Source: an uncultured virus (IMG/VR IMGVR_UViG_3300017593_001263) (lineage: Duplodnaviria > Heunggongvirae > Uroviricota > Caudoviricetes). Taken from it: DNA of 64,000 nt. The notes beneath the pieces are model-generated. The model saw only the letters and a list, made by a program, of their open reading frames with translations, ran no database searches and was not told the origin of the DNA. The stretch lies in IMG/VR virus record IMGVR_UViG_3300017593_001263. One strand, written 5' to 3'. This document shows, piece after piece, positions 1 to 9,516 of the stretch (the stretch's first letter is position 1; each line of letters opens with the position of its first letter). The translations under genes and the position numbers were made by a program.

Positions 1-308
1 TCCTTATAATATATATTTGTTTTTTCCTAAATCTCATTGTCTCAGCTTGTCCCAAGTGTCTCGCTAAAAAAATTTTTTGTTTTAGTTTCTGAACCCCGGC
101 TATTATTATTATTATTACAATTTGTCATGTGGTTGGTCGAGTGATTCATCGAGTAATTTCACGAGTTATAATTTAGTGAATATTCATGTAAATTATTGGA
201 CGAGTTACTACACATGAGAACGATAGATTTAAATAATTTGATTTTTGAGAATAAGATTTAGGTTTGAGAAGCACAATCAAACCCCTTAGAAGCCCATTAA
301 AAAGGAGA

Positions 309-336
309 AGCCCCCTTAGCTAATTCTAAGGGGGCT
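309..336. repeat. 11-bp perfect inverted repeat upstream of ATPase-MCM genes
   Basis: AGCCCCCTTAG (309-319) / CTAAGGGGGCT (326-336), 6-nt loop. Confidence 0.8.
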
Positions 337-367
337 AAACTTTAAATTAGTTTTGGTAGTGGTACTC

Positions 368-1096
368 ATGCCGTTGATAAAAGTAGATTTAAATAATGTC
401 AAAATAACAACACACTTCATTTTAAAAGATAAATCGTCAGAAGTATTTCCAATACGTGGAAGGGATATCGTTGTCGTGTTTGGTGTTCCGCAAATCGGTA
501 AGTCTGCATTTTTACTTTCATTGTGTGGTTGTGTTCTACTAAAAAATAATGCGGTTAAAATAGCCTACATCGATATAGAGGGTAAAGATGAGTTGAGGGC
601 TGCGGTTATTAAAAAATTGAGTGATGGTTTTGAATACATAAGGACGACAGACGATGTTTCTAAGGACGACATAATCTCGTTCATAAAGAGTAGTGATTAC
701 AACATTTATGTTGTTGACTCTTACCACCTTCTGTTCTCAAACGATAAAAAATACACACAATTCTACTATGAGCTCAGGAGTGAAGCTCTGAAGAACAATA
801 AAGCAATAATACTTGCGTCGAAAGAGTACTCGTTTAACGATGTCGTTGCACCTCATGGATGTTCTGTAGCTTTTGCCAACTCCAATTATTCGGTAAGAAT
901 CACTAGAGATAGGGATGACAACAACAATAAGAAAAAGAAAAACGATGATATCATAGATCCATTCAGAGTTATTTCAGAAACTAGGTATGGTAGGAAAGGT
1001 GTGTTCAAATTAAAAGAATATGAAGGTCATTTATTTTTCGACTTCTTTGTGAATAGGGTTGTACGTGTGGGTGGTGTTGATGGGAAAGTTAAGTGA
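368..1096 (+). CDS. RecA/KaiC-superfamily P-loop ATPase
   Basis: Walker A GVPQIGKS, YIDIEG, Walker B IYVVDS; ATG 368 chosen over track start 353. Confidence 0.65.
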   Translation: MPLIKVDLNNVKITTHFILKDKSSEVFPIRGRDIVVVFGVPQIGKSAFLLSLCGCVLLKNNAVKIAYIDIEGKDELRAAVIKKLSDGFEYIRTTDDVSKDDIISFIKSSDYNIYVVDSYHLLFSNDKKYTQFYYELRSEALKNNKAIILASKEYSFNDVVAPHGCSVAFANSNYSVRITRDRDDNNNKKKKNDDIIDPFRVISETRYGRKGVFKLKEYEGHLFFDFFVNRVVRVGGVDGKVK

Positions 1097-3230
1097 GGAA
1101 CAAATAGTGTATATAGTTGCGGATTACGTGAGCTCGGATAGTGTGGTTAGAGTACCTATTAAAGATAAAGACGGTAATGTTGTTGAGGTTAAAGAGATTA
1201 GATGGGACGAAGCAACAGAAGGTGAGATTTCAAACTTTCAATACTATCTTTATGAGAACAATGCAATAGATTACGGTTATTTTTTCTTAGATTTGCTTAA
1301 CTTCGATAGATGGCTTGAGATGCACAAAGGAGTTGATGTGTGTGATGAGATAATGGATATCGTTTACAAACAACCAGATTACTTCTTTAACGTGATATTT
1401 CCTAAAGCCTTAGAGTTTGTTGATTTAGTTACATCAGACATGAATGTTAATGCTAAATTAGATGAACTCTACTTGAAAAAGAAAGTTCAACTAATACTAC
1501 TCAATCCAACTAGGCAGTTCTATGAGGGAGGAGTGTGGAAGGATTATTTGAAAGTTAGTGAGGTGAACAGCAAATATGTAAACCAATTGATAACGATCAA
1601 AGGAACTATTTTAGCGATATCGGATAAAATGGCAAGAAATATACTCAGCAACTATATCTGTCAAGGGTGTATGGAAGAGATAAAAGAGATTCCGAGCAAA
1701 CCATTCAAATGTCCAGCGTGTGGTTCAAAAGAATTTGAGGAAGTTCCAGTAGTTGTGTGGGATGAAGTTTATTGTCTTCTCACAAATACTCCAGAGGATA
1801 GTATAAACGTACCTGTTGAGCTTAAATGTGTTTTGAATAATCAACTTGTGAAGATGCTGTACGAATACAAAGCACCAATAGGCGGCAATGTCAAGATGTG
1901 TGGAATTCTGAGAATGGAAAAAAAGAGGAAGCGTGATGTTAAATATAAATATGTGTTTGAGGTAATGGGTTTGGAGTTTCTTGATGAGCAAGAATCGATG
2001 CTTGATGTTGAACTAAGTGAACCAGCATTCAAGAAGTTTGCAAAAAGGAAAGACCTATATGAAGTATTGAAGAACAGCGTTGCTCCAACGATTTATGGTT
2101 ACGATGAGGTGAAGGAAGCTTTGGTTTTACAGTTGTTTGGCGGAACGCAAGACTTGAGTAAAGGAAAGAGAGGAAACATACATATCTTACTTGTTGGTGA
2201 TTTTGCGATAGGTAAAACAAAGTTGCTGATGGACTTCATGAAAGTAGCACCGAATGCGAGATATGTGTCGTGTATATCGGCTACTGGTAGGGGGTTGACA
2301 GCAGTAGTTACGAAAGAAGAAGGGATGGGTTGGGTTGTTAAACTAGGGCCAGTAATTTTAGCTCATAAAGGTTTTGCCTTATTAGATGAGCTAGATAAGA
2401 TAGACAATAAAGAGGTTTCGTATTTGGGCGATATACTTGAATCACAAAAGTTTTCGTTATCGAAGGGCGGTGTGAAGTCCGAATTTACTGTTGAAGTGTC
2501 GGTTCTGGCCGCAGCAAATCCAAAATACGGAAGATTCGATGATTATTCTGACATTTCCAGCAACATAGATATGGATAAAGAAATACTATCAAGATTTGAT
2601 TTGATTTTTGCGTTACGTGATGTTGTGGATACTGATGAAGAGTATGTTAAGAAGATGCAGAAAATTTATCTAGAAGGTAGTGAGGAAGAAGAGGTAGTTG
2701 ATCCAAATTTCTTGAAAAGCTACGTTTGGTACGCTAGAACACATGTTTTTCCAAAACTAACAAAAGAAGCTTTGGAGTACTTAGATAAATTTTATATCAA
2801 CATGAGGAAGAAATTTTATCAGACGGGTACTTATCATTTTGATAGGAGAAGGAGGGATGTGTTGATAAGGCTTGCCGAAGCCTCAGCAAGGGCAAGGCTA
2901 TCAAATGAAGCAACGATAGAAGATGTTGATAGGGCGATTAAAGTAATGCTGTATTTTTTGAAGACGATTGCTTATGATCCAACCACAAATACTATAGATG
3001 TTGATGTGATTATAGGTAAGCCGAAATCGAAGAGGGACAAATACAGATTTGTTGATAAAGTGATGGATGAGTTAGCAGATAGTAATGGTGAGGTACATAT
3101 AGCGGATCTTTATGATGTTTTGCTTGAACACGGATATACTAAGGATGAGATTTCAGAGATAATAGATATGAAGCAAAGGAATGGTGAGTGGTGTAATCCA
3201 AGACCAGGGGTGTTAAAAAAAGTTGATTGA
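1080..3230 (+). CDS. mcm: MCM replicative helicase
   Basis: Zn finger CQGC..CPAC, Walker A GDFAIGKT, Walker B LLDELDK, AAANPKYGRF, arginine finger SRFD, C-terminal wH-like region; ATG 1080 after GGTGG. Confidence 0.95.
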   Translation: MGKLSEEQIVYIVADYVSSDSVVRVPIKDKDGNVVEVKEIRWDEATEGEISNFQYYLYENNAIDYGYFFLDLLNFDRWLEMHKGVDVCDEIMDIVYKQPDYFFNVIFPKALEFVDLVTSDMNVNAKLDELYLKKKVQLILLNPTRQFYEGGVWKDYLKVSEVNSKYVNQLITIKGTILAISDKMARNILSNYICQGCMEEIKEIPSKPFKCPACGSKEFEEVPVVVWDEVYCLLTNTPEDSINVPVELKCVLNNQLVKMLYEYKAPIGGNVKMCGILRMEKKRKRDVKYKYVFEVMGLEFLDEQESMLDVELSEPAFKKFAKRKDLYEVLKNSVAPTIYGYDEVKEALVLQLFGGTQDLSKGKRGNIHILLVGDFAIGKTKLLMDFMKVAPNARYVSCISATGRGLTAVVTKEEGMGWVVKLGPVILAHKGFALLDELDKIDNKEVSYLGDILESQKFSLSKGGVKSEFTVEVSVLAAANPKYGRFDDYSDISSNIDMDKEILSRFDLIFALRDVVDTDEEYVKKMQKIYLEGSEEEEVVDPNFLKSYVWYARTHVFPKLTKEALEYLDKFYINMRKKFYQTGTYHFDRRRRDVLIRLAEASARARLSNEATIEDVDRAIKVMLYFLKTIAYDPTTNTIDVDVIIGKPKSKRDKYRFVDKVMDELADSNGEVHIADLYDVLLEHGYTKDEISEIIDMKQRNGEWCNPRPGVLKKVD

Positions 3231-3260
3231 TTGGTGTTAATAACATGCTTGTGTATATAG

Positions 3261-3899
3261 GTGATGTTTGTGAGACAAATAGTGGAAAACTACTTAGAGT
3301 TTGACGATGCGGTTAGTGAGGTTTATGGCATAGAAATTCTTGTGGATGAAAATTTATCAATTGAGAAGCATGAGAAATACATTGAAGGATGTAAATCTAT
3401 AGTTGATAGGTATGGTTTGGTCATTGGTGACAATAAGAAGTGTAGGATTAAGCTGAGATTTAAAGATTTGGTTATCAGAGATGAGAAAACAAATGAATTT
3501 AAGTTAAGACAGTTAAGAGTTAATGCTCAAGATGTATTTCTGATTGCTGGAATTCCTTATGTTGATCCATCACTCTGGTGGATTCAAAGAATAGGATTTC
3601 TTGGATACCCTTCGAGAACGTTTTACATAGTGACACGTAAGTTCTTTTATGAAAAACTAGAGGAGTGTGGTGCTAAAAAGAAATACTGGGATTTCTACTG
3701 GAAGGTGTATGAGCGATATAAAAATATTTTGTGTTCGATTATTTTGTTCGCTCTTGAGATTGGTTTAGGCGAGATATTGTGGTACAAGTATTCTAAATGG
3801 TACATCCAACGAGAATTCGAAAAAGCACGAAAGTTATGGACGAGAGATGTTGAGAAGATGGTTGTGTTGAACAAATCAATCAATTGGTGTTGTGAATGA
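3261..3899 (+). CDS. hypothetical protein, paralog of next ORF
   Basis: C-terminus KNILCSIILFALEIGL..KWYIQREFEKA resembles KEIVFATILLAEKFGL..RWLRIELKNA of 3896-4453. Confidence 0.7.
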   Translation: MMFVRQIVENYLEFDDAVSEVYGIEILVDENLSIEKHEKYIEGCKSIVDRYGLVIGDNKKCRIKLRFKDLVIRDEKTNEFKLRQLRVNAQDVFLIAGIPYVDPSLWWIQRIGFLGYPSRTFYIVTRKFFYEKLEECGAKKKYWDFYWKVYERYKNILCSIILFALEIGLGEILWYKYSKWYIQREFEKARKLWTRDVEKMVVLNKSINWCCE

Positions 3900-4453
3900 A
3901 AAGTCCTATATTCGTTGACGTGTGGGTTAATGTAGGAAACACCATAACCGCTTACGAAAACTATGCGTATGGAGTAAAAGCTCTTGTCGATCTTTACGGA
4001 AGAAAGCACGGGATCGTGCTGAAGACATCAGATGACTATGCAACGTTGTACAACCTTGTTGATGCAGATAAAGTGAATCACAAGTCACCACTTATTATAG
4101 AGACATCAACACCATTATCACAATTTCTGTACCAATACATGAATGTAACGCTGTATGGTTTTGAAGGTTTAAGGAAAACGTACTACTTTATCAATTACAA
4201 GTACTTCAAGCACGTGTATGATGGAGAGGATAAGAGTGAGGAAGCCATCGAGCAAGAATGGGCAAAATACTGCAAGTTCAAAGAGATCGTTTTTGCTACG
4301 ATTCTTTTGGCCGAGAAGTTTGGTTTGATACGCTTAGATGAATCTAGACAGAAAGGAGTATCGAGATGGTTGAGGATTGAGCTGAAAAACGCATCTAAAT
4401 ATCTGAATGATGATCTGCTCAAAAAAATTTTAATAGAAAAAGCTAAAGGGTGA
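3896..4453 (+). CDS. hypothetical protein, paralog of previous ORF
   Basis: ATGA overlap with upstream ORF; shared C-terminal motif. Confidence 0.7.
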   Translation: MKSPIFVDVWVNVGNTITAYENYAYGVKALVDLYGRKHGIVLKTSDDYATLYNLVDADKVNHKSPLIIETSTPLSQFLYQYMNVTLYGFEGLRKTYYFINYKYFKHVYDGEDKSEEAIEQEWAKYCKFKEIVFATILLAEKFGLIRLDESRQKGVSRWLRIELKNASKYLNDDLLKKILIEKAKG

Positions 4454-4620
4454 TGGTTGTGACAACAAAAACGTTTTGCGACATCTGTGGAAAAGAAGCA
4501 ATACCGAGCTTTCAGCTAACCATTATTGGAACTTTGGATATGATAAGTATAGATCTTTATCACAGCTGCAAGAAAAAAATTGAGAAGTTCTTGAAAGATA
4601 TGCGAAAAGGAAAAGTTTAA
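4453..4620 (+). CDS. small Zn-ribbon-like protein (55 aa, not in track)
   Basis: MVVTTKTFCDICGKE...DLYHSC; coupled to upstream stop. Confidence 0.55.
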   Translation: MVVTTKTFCDICGKEAIPSFQLTIIGTLDMISIDLYHSCKKKIEKFLKDMRKGKV

Positions 4621-4667
4621 ATACATCGAGATACAATAATTAACGAACAAGAGTTGATGGTGATACT

Positions 4668-4973
4668 ATGGATGAAAAATTCGTTTGTGCAAAGGCTGGC
4701 TGGCAAGCTTACAACTTGATTGATGCGTTGCATACAGATATAAAAAAAGCTTCTGCTGAAAAATTGAAGCATTCAGTAGTACTTGAAGAGATATCAGACC
4801 TTAAAGAAGTCATAGAAGATTTGCAAGGTTGTGTTGACCTTTCAGATACAGCGTTGATGAAAAACGATTTGGTTGATGTGCTAAAACGAGATGTTGTTGT
4901 GGGAGATTATTCCGACGCAATTAACATATTATCGAGAATTGAGGAGGAATTAATGTTCAAATTTTCAAGATGA
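4668..4973 (+). CDS. hypothetical helical protein
   Basis: GGTGA RBS, 101-aa ORF. Confidence 0.6.
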   Translation: MDEKFVCAKAGWQAYNLIDALHTDIKKASAEKLKHSVVLEEISDLKEVIEDLQGCVDLSDTALMKNDLVDVLKRDVVVGDYSDAINILSRIEEELMFKFSR

Positions 4974-4983
4974 GGTGTTATAG

Positions 4984-5250
4984 GTGGTGTACGAGATAGA
5001 CTCTTCATTCAAATTCAAAGTTAAATCTTTCGAGATTGAAGATTTCGGTGACATAAACGAGTGGGCTAAACTGTGTGATAGAGTAAATGTTGTTCATGAT
5101 GAGGAGCACGGATTTATATTGAGCTGCGTCGTTAGTACAACAGTAGATGTTGAGGAAGAGAGCATAATAGATTTCGAGAAAAAAGTTAACTCTCTGTTCA
5201 AAATGTTACGAACTATCGAAAGAAAAGAAAAAAGAAAGCGTGAGTGGTAA
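4984..5250 (+). CDS. hypothetical protein
   Basis: GAGGTG RBS, operon-like spacing. Confidence 0.55.
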   Translation: MVYEIDSSFKFKVKSFEIEDFGDINEWAKLCDRVNVVHDEEHGFILSCVVSTTVDVEEESIIDFEKKVNSLFKMLRTIERKEKRKREW

Positions 5251-5273
5251 TAATCTTGTTTGGGGGTGGTCGC

Positions 5274-5561
5274 ATGGACAAAGTCATGCGAGATTTGATT
5301 GTAGAAGAGTGTTCCAAACATAGTGGTGAATTTGAGCAATTATCTGATGATGTCGCTATGTGTGTGCTGGATGGCGGCAAAGTAGCAATTTGGAATAACT
5401 CTGAGTTCGTTGCCATAAAACCTGCTGGAAAAATAATAAGGGTTGGTTTTGGTGCAGTAACAAGAGTTTTCAATGAGGAACAATACACACTTCACGATGG
5501 TAGTCCAGTATTTTCAAAACACATAGAAGTTAATGAAAATGTATTTAAGTGGTTGAAGTAA
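5274..5561 (+). CDS. small CxxxGG-x-C family protein (divergent)
   Basis: EECSKHSGEF..MC resembles N-termini of 6406, 7912 and 59824 ORFs. Confidence 0.55.
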   Translation: MDKVMRDLIVEECSKHSGEFEQLSDDVAMCVLDGGKVAIWNNSEFVAIKPAGKIIRVGFGAVTRVFNEEQYTLHDGSPVFSKHIEVNENVFKWLK

Positions 5562-5571
5562 TGAGTCATGA

Positions 5572-5638
5572 TCAACCGTTAAATCGGTTGAAGTGACCGC
5601 AGAGGCTGTCCGCACGGCAAGGATGTTCCTTGCCGTGC
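5572..5638. other. two intergenic hairpins (terminator or small structured RNA)
   Basis: TCAACCG/CGGTTGA (5572-5591) and 12-bp stem GCACGGCAAGGA/TCCTTGCCGTGC (5612-5638). Confidence 0.6.
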
Positions 5639-5662
5639 TCCAATTTTCGAGTTCTAATGAAA

Positions 5663-5701
5663 ACTTAAATACTTGAAAAACCAATAATACAGCATGTCTG
5701 A
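5663..5701 (+). promoter_or_regulatory. duplicated leaderless promoter + start, copy 1
   Basis: ACTTAAATACTTGAAAAACCAATAATACAGCATGTCTGA; 38/39 identical to 8215-8253; TTAAATA TATA box. Confidence 0.75.
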
Positions 5702-5894
5702 GAAAGTACGTAATATTTGTGATGTCGAAAACACATTAGAACCAGAATTGTGCTTGAAGGTGTGGTCTGCTAAGTTGCTATTAGAAGATGTTTTGAAGGA
5801 AACTAGATATAACAATCGAGATACGATGAATCTAAAAAATGTTGTAATACCAGAGCTTGAGTTTATTATTAAAGCGAATAGTTCTAGCAAATGA
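5694..5894 (+). CDS. hypothetical protein
   Basis: starts at the ATG inside the duplicated promoter. Confidence 0.6.
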   Translation: MSEKVRNICDVENTLEPELCLKVWSAKLLLEDVLKETRYNNRDTMNLKNVVIPELEFIIKANSSSK

Positions 5895-5903
5895 GGTGAG
5901 TGA

Positions 5904-6134
5904 ATGTCTGAAGCATGGTGTGATATGAGTTTGGAGGAAGCATTGAAGATATATGATGCAGTAAGGAAGTTCGAACATCCTCCAACAAATCCGATAGTGT
6001 TGAGCAGAGCACAACTAAAGCTTGCCAGAGAGGGGATGCCAAAGAAGGCAGCTTGCATTGCATTACGAGTTATTGAAGTAGAAGGTGGACATGTTCCATT
6101 TGACGAATGGAAAAAATTATGTGAAATAGATTGA
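5904..6134 (+). CDS. hypothetical protein
   Basis: GAGGTGA RBS. Confidence 0.6.
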   Translation: MSEAWCDMSLEEALKIYDAVRKFEHPPTNPIVLSRAQLKLAREGMPKKAACIALRVIEVEGGHVPFDEWKKLCEID

Positions 6135-6146
6135 AGGTAGAGTTAT

Positions 6147-6404
6147 ATGAAAGAAATAATTATGGAACTTTATCCAAACTACCAACTAAAGATGGTCTGT
6201 TCAGAACCGAGAGAACATCCATCTGGAGAACTTCAAGAGTCTGTATGTGAGATTTACATCACTTCTACCGAAGGAGGTCGAGAGATAAAACAATCGATAG
6301 CAAGACTTGATGTTGATTATTATGAAGATGAATCTGGTGAAGGACATATAACATGGCAGCTGTTCGCTCCACAAAAAGGGAGAATCAATTCTGGTAGTAT
6401 GTGA
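6147..6404 (+). CDS. hypothetical protein
   Basis: operon-like spacing. Confidence 0.55.
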   Translation: MKEIIMELYPNYQLKMVCSEPREHPSGELQESVCEIYITSTEGGREIKQSIARLDVDYYEDESGEGHITWQLFAPQKGRINSGSM

Positions 6405-6405
6405 G

Positions 6406-6798
6406 GTGATTATTGTGGATTTAATGGGTCAATTCAAAATGGCTTGCGATCAATTTGGAGGAGAACTATTGGAAAGCAAGACGAGAGCGATTTGTGAGAT
6501 TGGAGAGGATGTTAAGATAGTATTTAACAAGAAGGAGGGATGGGTGAAATACTATCAAGATGGAAGGCTTGCTGTGTGGGGAATACCGAGCGATTATTTA
6601 CCATTCATAACATTTGGAAATATTCACGGCAAGCATTTGAGAATAGAGTTCAAGAAACCCAACATATTCATAATACTCACTCAACCAAAGAATGCACCAT
6701 TCATAATTGCTGAACCAAGAATAGAAGAACCGTTGATAGCCGATGAGTTCAAGAAGGATTATTATGAGAAGGTAATGAGGTTGAGAAAATCAAGGTGA
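6406..6798 (+). CDS. small CxxFGG-x-C family protein
   Basis: KMACDQFGGE...AICEI. Confidence 0.6.
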   Translation: MIIVDLMGQFKMACDQFGGELLESKTRAICEIGEDVKIVFNKKEGWVKYYQDGRLAVWGIPSDYLPFITFGNIHGKHLRIEFKKPNIFIILTQPKNAPFIIAEPRIEEPLIADEFKKDYYEKVMRLRKSR

Positions 6799-6802
6799 TA
6801 AC

Positions 6803-6961
6803 ATGGACGAACAAAAAGAAAAAGTTGAGCACGAATGGCTGAAGAAGTTCATAATAGTTGGAGCAACTGTCTTGTTGCTTGAGAAGTTCCTTCCATTCCC
6901 ATTCGATATAGCTGTAATAACTTTGGTTGTGATGTACAGAGAAAGGGTATTTGGGTGGTAG
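6803..6961 (+). CDS. small membrane protein (52 aa, not in track)
   Basis: AGGTGA RBS; two hydrophobic stretches. Confidence 0.5.
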   Translation: MDEQKEKVEHEWLKKFIIVGATVLLLEKFLPFPFDIAVITLVVMYRERVFGW

Positions 6962-6973
6962 TTCGTAGTAGAA

Positions 6974-7465
6974 TTAGTCGTTTTCTGAGACTAGTTCATC
7001 TAACTTAACCCCTTCAAAAATATCTACCCCTATATCTTTAAGAACTCGTAAAGGTATGTCCGCCAGCTTTGGTCTTATTGACTTCTCTTCTATCAGCTTT
7101 ATTATCATTCCATTCACACGCAGATAGATTATGTCGTCTCCTTTGAACTTCACATTCTTGCTCAGCTTGTAATAAGTCACGCCATCCACTTCTTTTGCTT
7201 TAACCAAACCATATCTGTGAAGTTTCCTCAACCGGACTGTGAACAAATCTTGCCTTACTTTAGTGTTGGTGTTAACGATTCGTATTCTGTTCGCTATTCT
7301 GATTGGAGTAGTCCATTCATCCTCATCAAGCATGTTAAGATACTCAAGAATCAGCAAGTCGAGAGCGTCAATCTTGACGTTCCACTTCAGCTCGTTTAGA
7401 TCCAAATATAGCATTCTCAACCGCCTCCAATATACGCTTTCTGTACTCCTCACTCTTCCTTTCAT
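6974..7465 (-). CDS. winged-helix DNA-binding protein, paralog of 60218-60619
   Basis: WNVKIDALDLLIL..IANRI..RLRKLHRYGLV; true start may be downstream. Confidence 0.7.
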   Translation of the reverse strand: MKGRVRSTESVYWRRLRMLYLDLNELKWNVKIDALDLLILEYLNMLDEDEWTTPIRIANRIRIVNTNTKVRQDLFTVRLRKLHRYGLVKAKEVDGVTYYKLSKNVKFKGDDIIYLRVNGMIIKLIEEKSIRPKLADIPLRVLKDIGVDIFEGVKLDELVSEND

Positions 7466-7859
7466 TCATCTTTTCGACAGTTTCCTTATACTCCAAATCC
7501 TTTCTGTCGTAGAGTTTCACACCTCGTATTCCAAACAATACGTTTGCAAGCAAGAACATCGAAGTGTCATAGAAGCTGTCTGTGTTCTCTATTTCCAATA
7601 TTTTTCTTGCATTTTCTGACAGCTCTATGAAGTAGTCCTTGACGAGATGAGGTCTTCCAGTATCGAAATAGACTTTTTTTGGAACGTATGTGTTGTTTGT
7701 GAAAACCAGAGTGTAGTAGTATGTTTTGACAAGATTACGCTTCTTAAGCTTTCTTATGAAATTCTCAGTCCTCGTTTTTGGAGGGAACACTTTAACCAGC
7801 TCTGAAAATTTTACTGGTTCGTGGATGTTTATGTACTCAAGAACTTCTATATAGGTCAT
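7368..7859 (-). CDS. winged-helix protein
   Basis: VLEYINIHEPVKFSELVK..IRKLKKRNLV. Confidence 0.6.
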   Translation of the reverse strand: MTYIEVLEYINIHEPVKFSELVKVFPPKTRTENFIRKLKKRNLVKTYYYTLVFTNNTYVPKKVYFDTGRPHLVKDYFIELSENARKILEIENTDSFYDTSMFLLANVLFGIRGVKLYDRKDLEYKETVEKMNERKSEEYRKRILEAVENAIFGSKRAEVERQD

Positions 7860-7911
7860 GAAAATTGCTTGTGAAGATAAATTGAAATAATTTTAAATCG
7901 AATAAACCACC

Positions 7912-8211
7912 ATGCAAGAAGAATTCAACATAAACAGCATGAAGAAGGCATGCGATACGTTTGGTGGAAGCTTCAGAAGGCAGTCTTGTGAAGTTAACAT
8001 AGATGGCTATACAATAGTGCTGACAGCACTTTCTGGTAACAAAGTTAGGGTTGACTTGATAGACAAGAATGGAAAGAATGTGGGTTCGTCAATGATTGAC
8101 AACGTTAGAGATATTCTGTATGACAAGGATGCAATAAGCATTTTCAATAAGGAGGACAGCTTGACTATATCGAAATACGAACCATTTGTTGACTCGGACA
8201 TGATTAAGTGA
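7912..8211 (+). CDS. small CxxFGG-x-C family protein
   Basis: KKACDTFGGSF..SCEV. Confidence 0.6.
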   Translation: MQEEFNINSMKKACDTFGGSFRRQSCEVNIDGYTIVLTALSGNKVRVDLIDKNGKNVGSSMIDNVRDILYDKDAISIFNKEDSLTISKYEPFVDSDMIK

Positions 8212-8214
8212 AAC

Positions 8215-8253
8215 ACTTAAATACTTCAAAAACCAATAATACAGCATGTCTGA
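8215..8253 (+). promoter_or_regulatory. duplicated leaderless promoter + start, copy 2
   Basis: 38/39 identical to 5663-5701. Confidence 0.75.
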
Positions 8254-8575
8254 CCAAACGCTAAAGTGGGATAAAGACTTGGTGTTGCAGTTCATTAAGG
8301 GATGCAAGGAGGATGAAGGGTATCCAATGTTCAGAACGTTTGGCGATAACGTGCCAGTAGTCCAAGCTGTTTGCTGGGGAGGTCGTAACGAATTCACAAA
8401 TTCTGTTGTGTTCACAGATGTTCCAAAAGATATTGTTGCGTTCTTGAGGAGTGGAGGTCACGATTGGGAGAGACTGCTTGAGATGTGGGGTGAAACAAAA
8501 CTACTTGAAGAGCTATCGGAGGAGGGAGTATATCTACCACATGCGATAAGACTGCCGAAGATAGTTGTGAAGTGA
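8246..8575 (+). CDS. hypothetical protein, paralog of 58757-59041
   Basis: shared W..VL.FIK.C...G.P.FRT...C.GG...F..VP..IV..L...DW pattern. Confidence 0.7.
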   Translation: MSDQTLKWDKDLVLQFIKGCKEDEGYPMFRTFGDNVPVVQAVCWGGRNEFTNSVVFTDVPKDIVAFLRSGGHDWERLLEMWGETKLLEELSEEGVYLPHAIRLPKIVVK

Positions 8576-8880
8576 TAGTTATGGAAGAACCATTTAAGAG
8601 TGCTTCAGAAGCAATGGAATCACTAATGAAATGTGTAGATAATGCTTTGCTTGAGGAAGACTCAGACATAGCTTTGATATGTGCTTTGCCATTGGCAAAA
8701 ATGCTTGAGCTTGAGAAGGCATCATATTTTTCGTATGAGAGTCCAAATTATAATCACGCAGTAAGCTTAGTAAAGAAGGCAAAGGAGTTCATAGAGAAGG
8801 AAGGAGTTGTTGGATGGATGGAGGATGGGATTGAGGAGCTTGATAAGATTTTGAAGGAGTTAAGTGGTGAAGAATTATGA
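8572..8880 (+). CDS. hypothetical protein
   Basis: coupled ORF. Confidence 0.55.
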   Translation: MIVMEEPFKSASEAMESLMKCVDNALLEEDSDIALICALPLAKMLELEKASYFSYESPNYNHAVSLVKKAKEFIEKEGVVGWMEDGIEELDKILKELSGEEL

Positions 8881-9149
8881 ATGTAGCCAAGGTTGTTGGT
8901 TGTATAGATGCGGTAGAGGATTTCGCTTCAAGCATTGCTAAAGCTGGGATTATAGGATTGGTTAGCGAGGTGGATGAAAAGTTCAAGAAGTTCGTGAAGG
9001 AATGCAACGTTTCAAAACCAGATGAAGAGCTCATAAAAAGAAATCTGGAGGATTTGTATGTTAATCAGGATGTTGAACTTGCAAAATCGATAGAGATTAC
9101 TGTTTTTGAAACTGCACTCAAAAGCATAAAGGAGATGCTTCAGAAATAG
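8877..9149 (+). CDS. hypothetical protein
   Basis: ATGA coupling, GGTGA RBS. Confidence 0.55.
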   Translation: MNVAKVVGCIDAVEDFASSIAKAGIIGLVSEVDEKFKKFVKECNVSKPDEELIKRNLEDLYVNQDVELAKSIEITVFETALKSIKEMLQK

Positions 9150-9150
9150 T

Positions 9151-9465
9151 TCACTTAACCTTCTTTTCTACCAGTTTGATTATTGTATACTTTCTCAGTT
9201 TTTCTAGCTTCTCAATTTTCTTCTTCAGCAGTTCGATTTGCTTATCCACAAGCTTGTTGAACTCCTTTATCTCTTTATCAGTTGTAATGAGTTCAAACGC
9301 TTTGTTGAATTTTTCTTTATCTCTACCCAATCGATGATACAGCTTGACAAAAAATAGTGCTGCGTTCTCATCCTTATCGAACAGCTCTTTGTACTTCTTC
9401 CAGTTTTCTTTTGTTAATGTTGTTTGTATCACGTTCAGATACATCCTTAAGGTGTCTGGATGCAT
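9151..9465 (-). CDS. hypothetical coiled-coil protein
   Basis: K/E-rich ORF divergent from 9517. Confidence 0.55.
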   Translation of the reverse strand: MHPDTLRMYLNVIQTTLTKENWKKYKELFDKDENAALFFVKLYHRLGRDKEKFNKAFELITTDKEIKEFNKLVDKQIELLKKKIEKLEKLRKYTIIKLVEKKVK

Positions 9466-9516
9466 AATTGTAATTGTGCATGAAACTATTTATAGTTTCA
9501 CAAACAATAATAAAGC

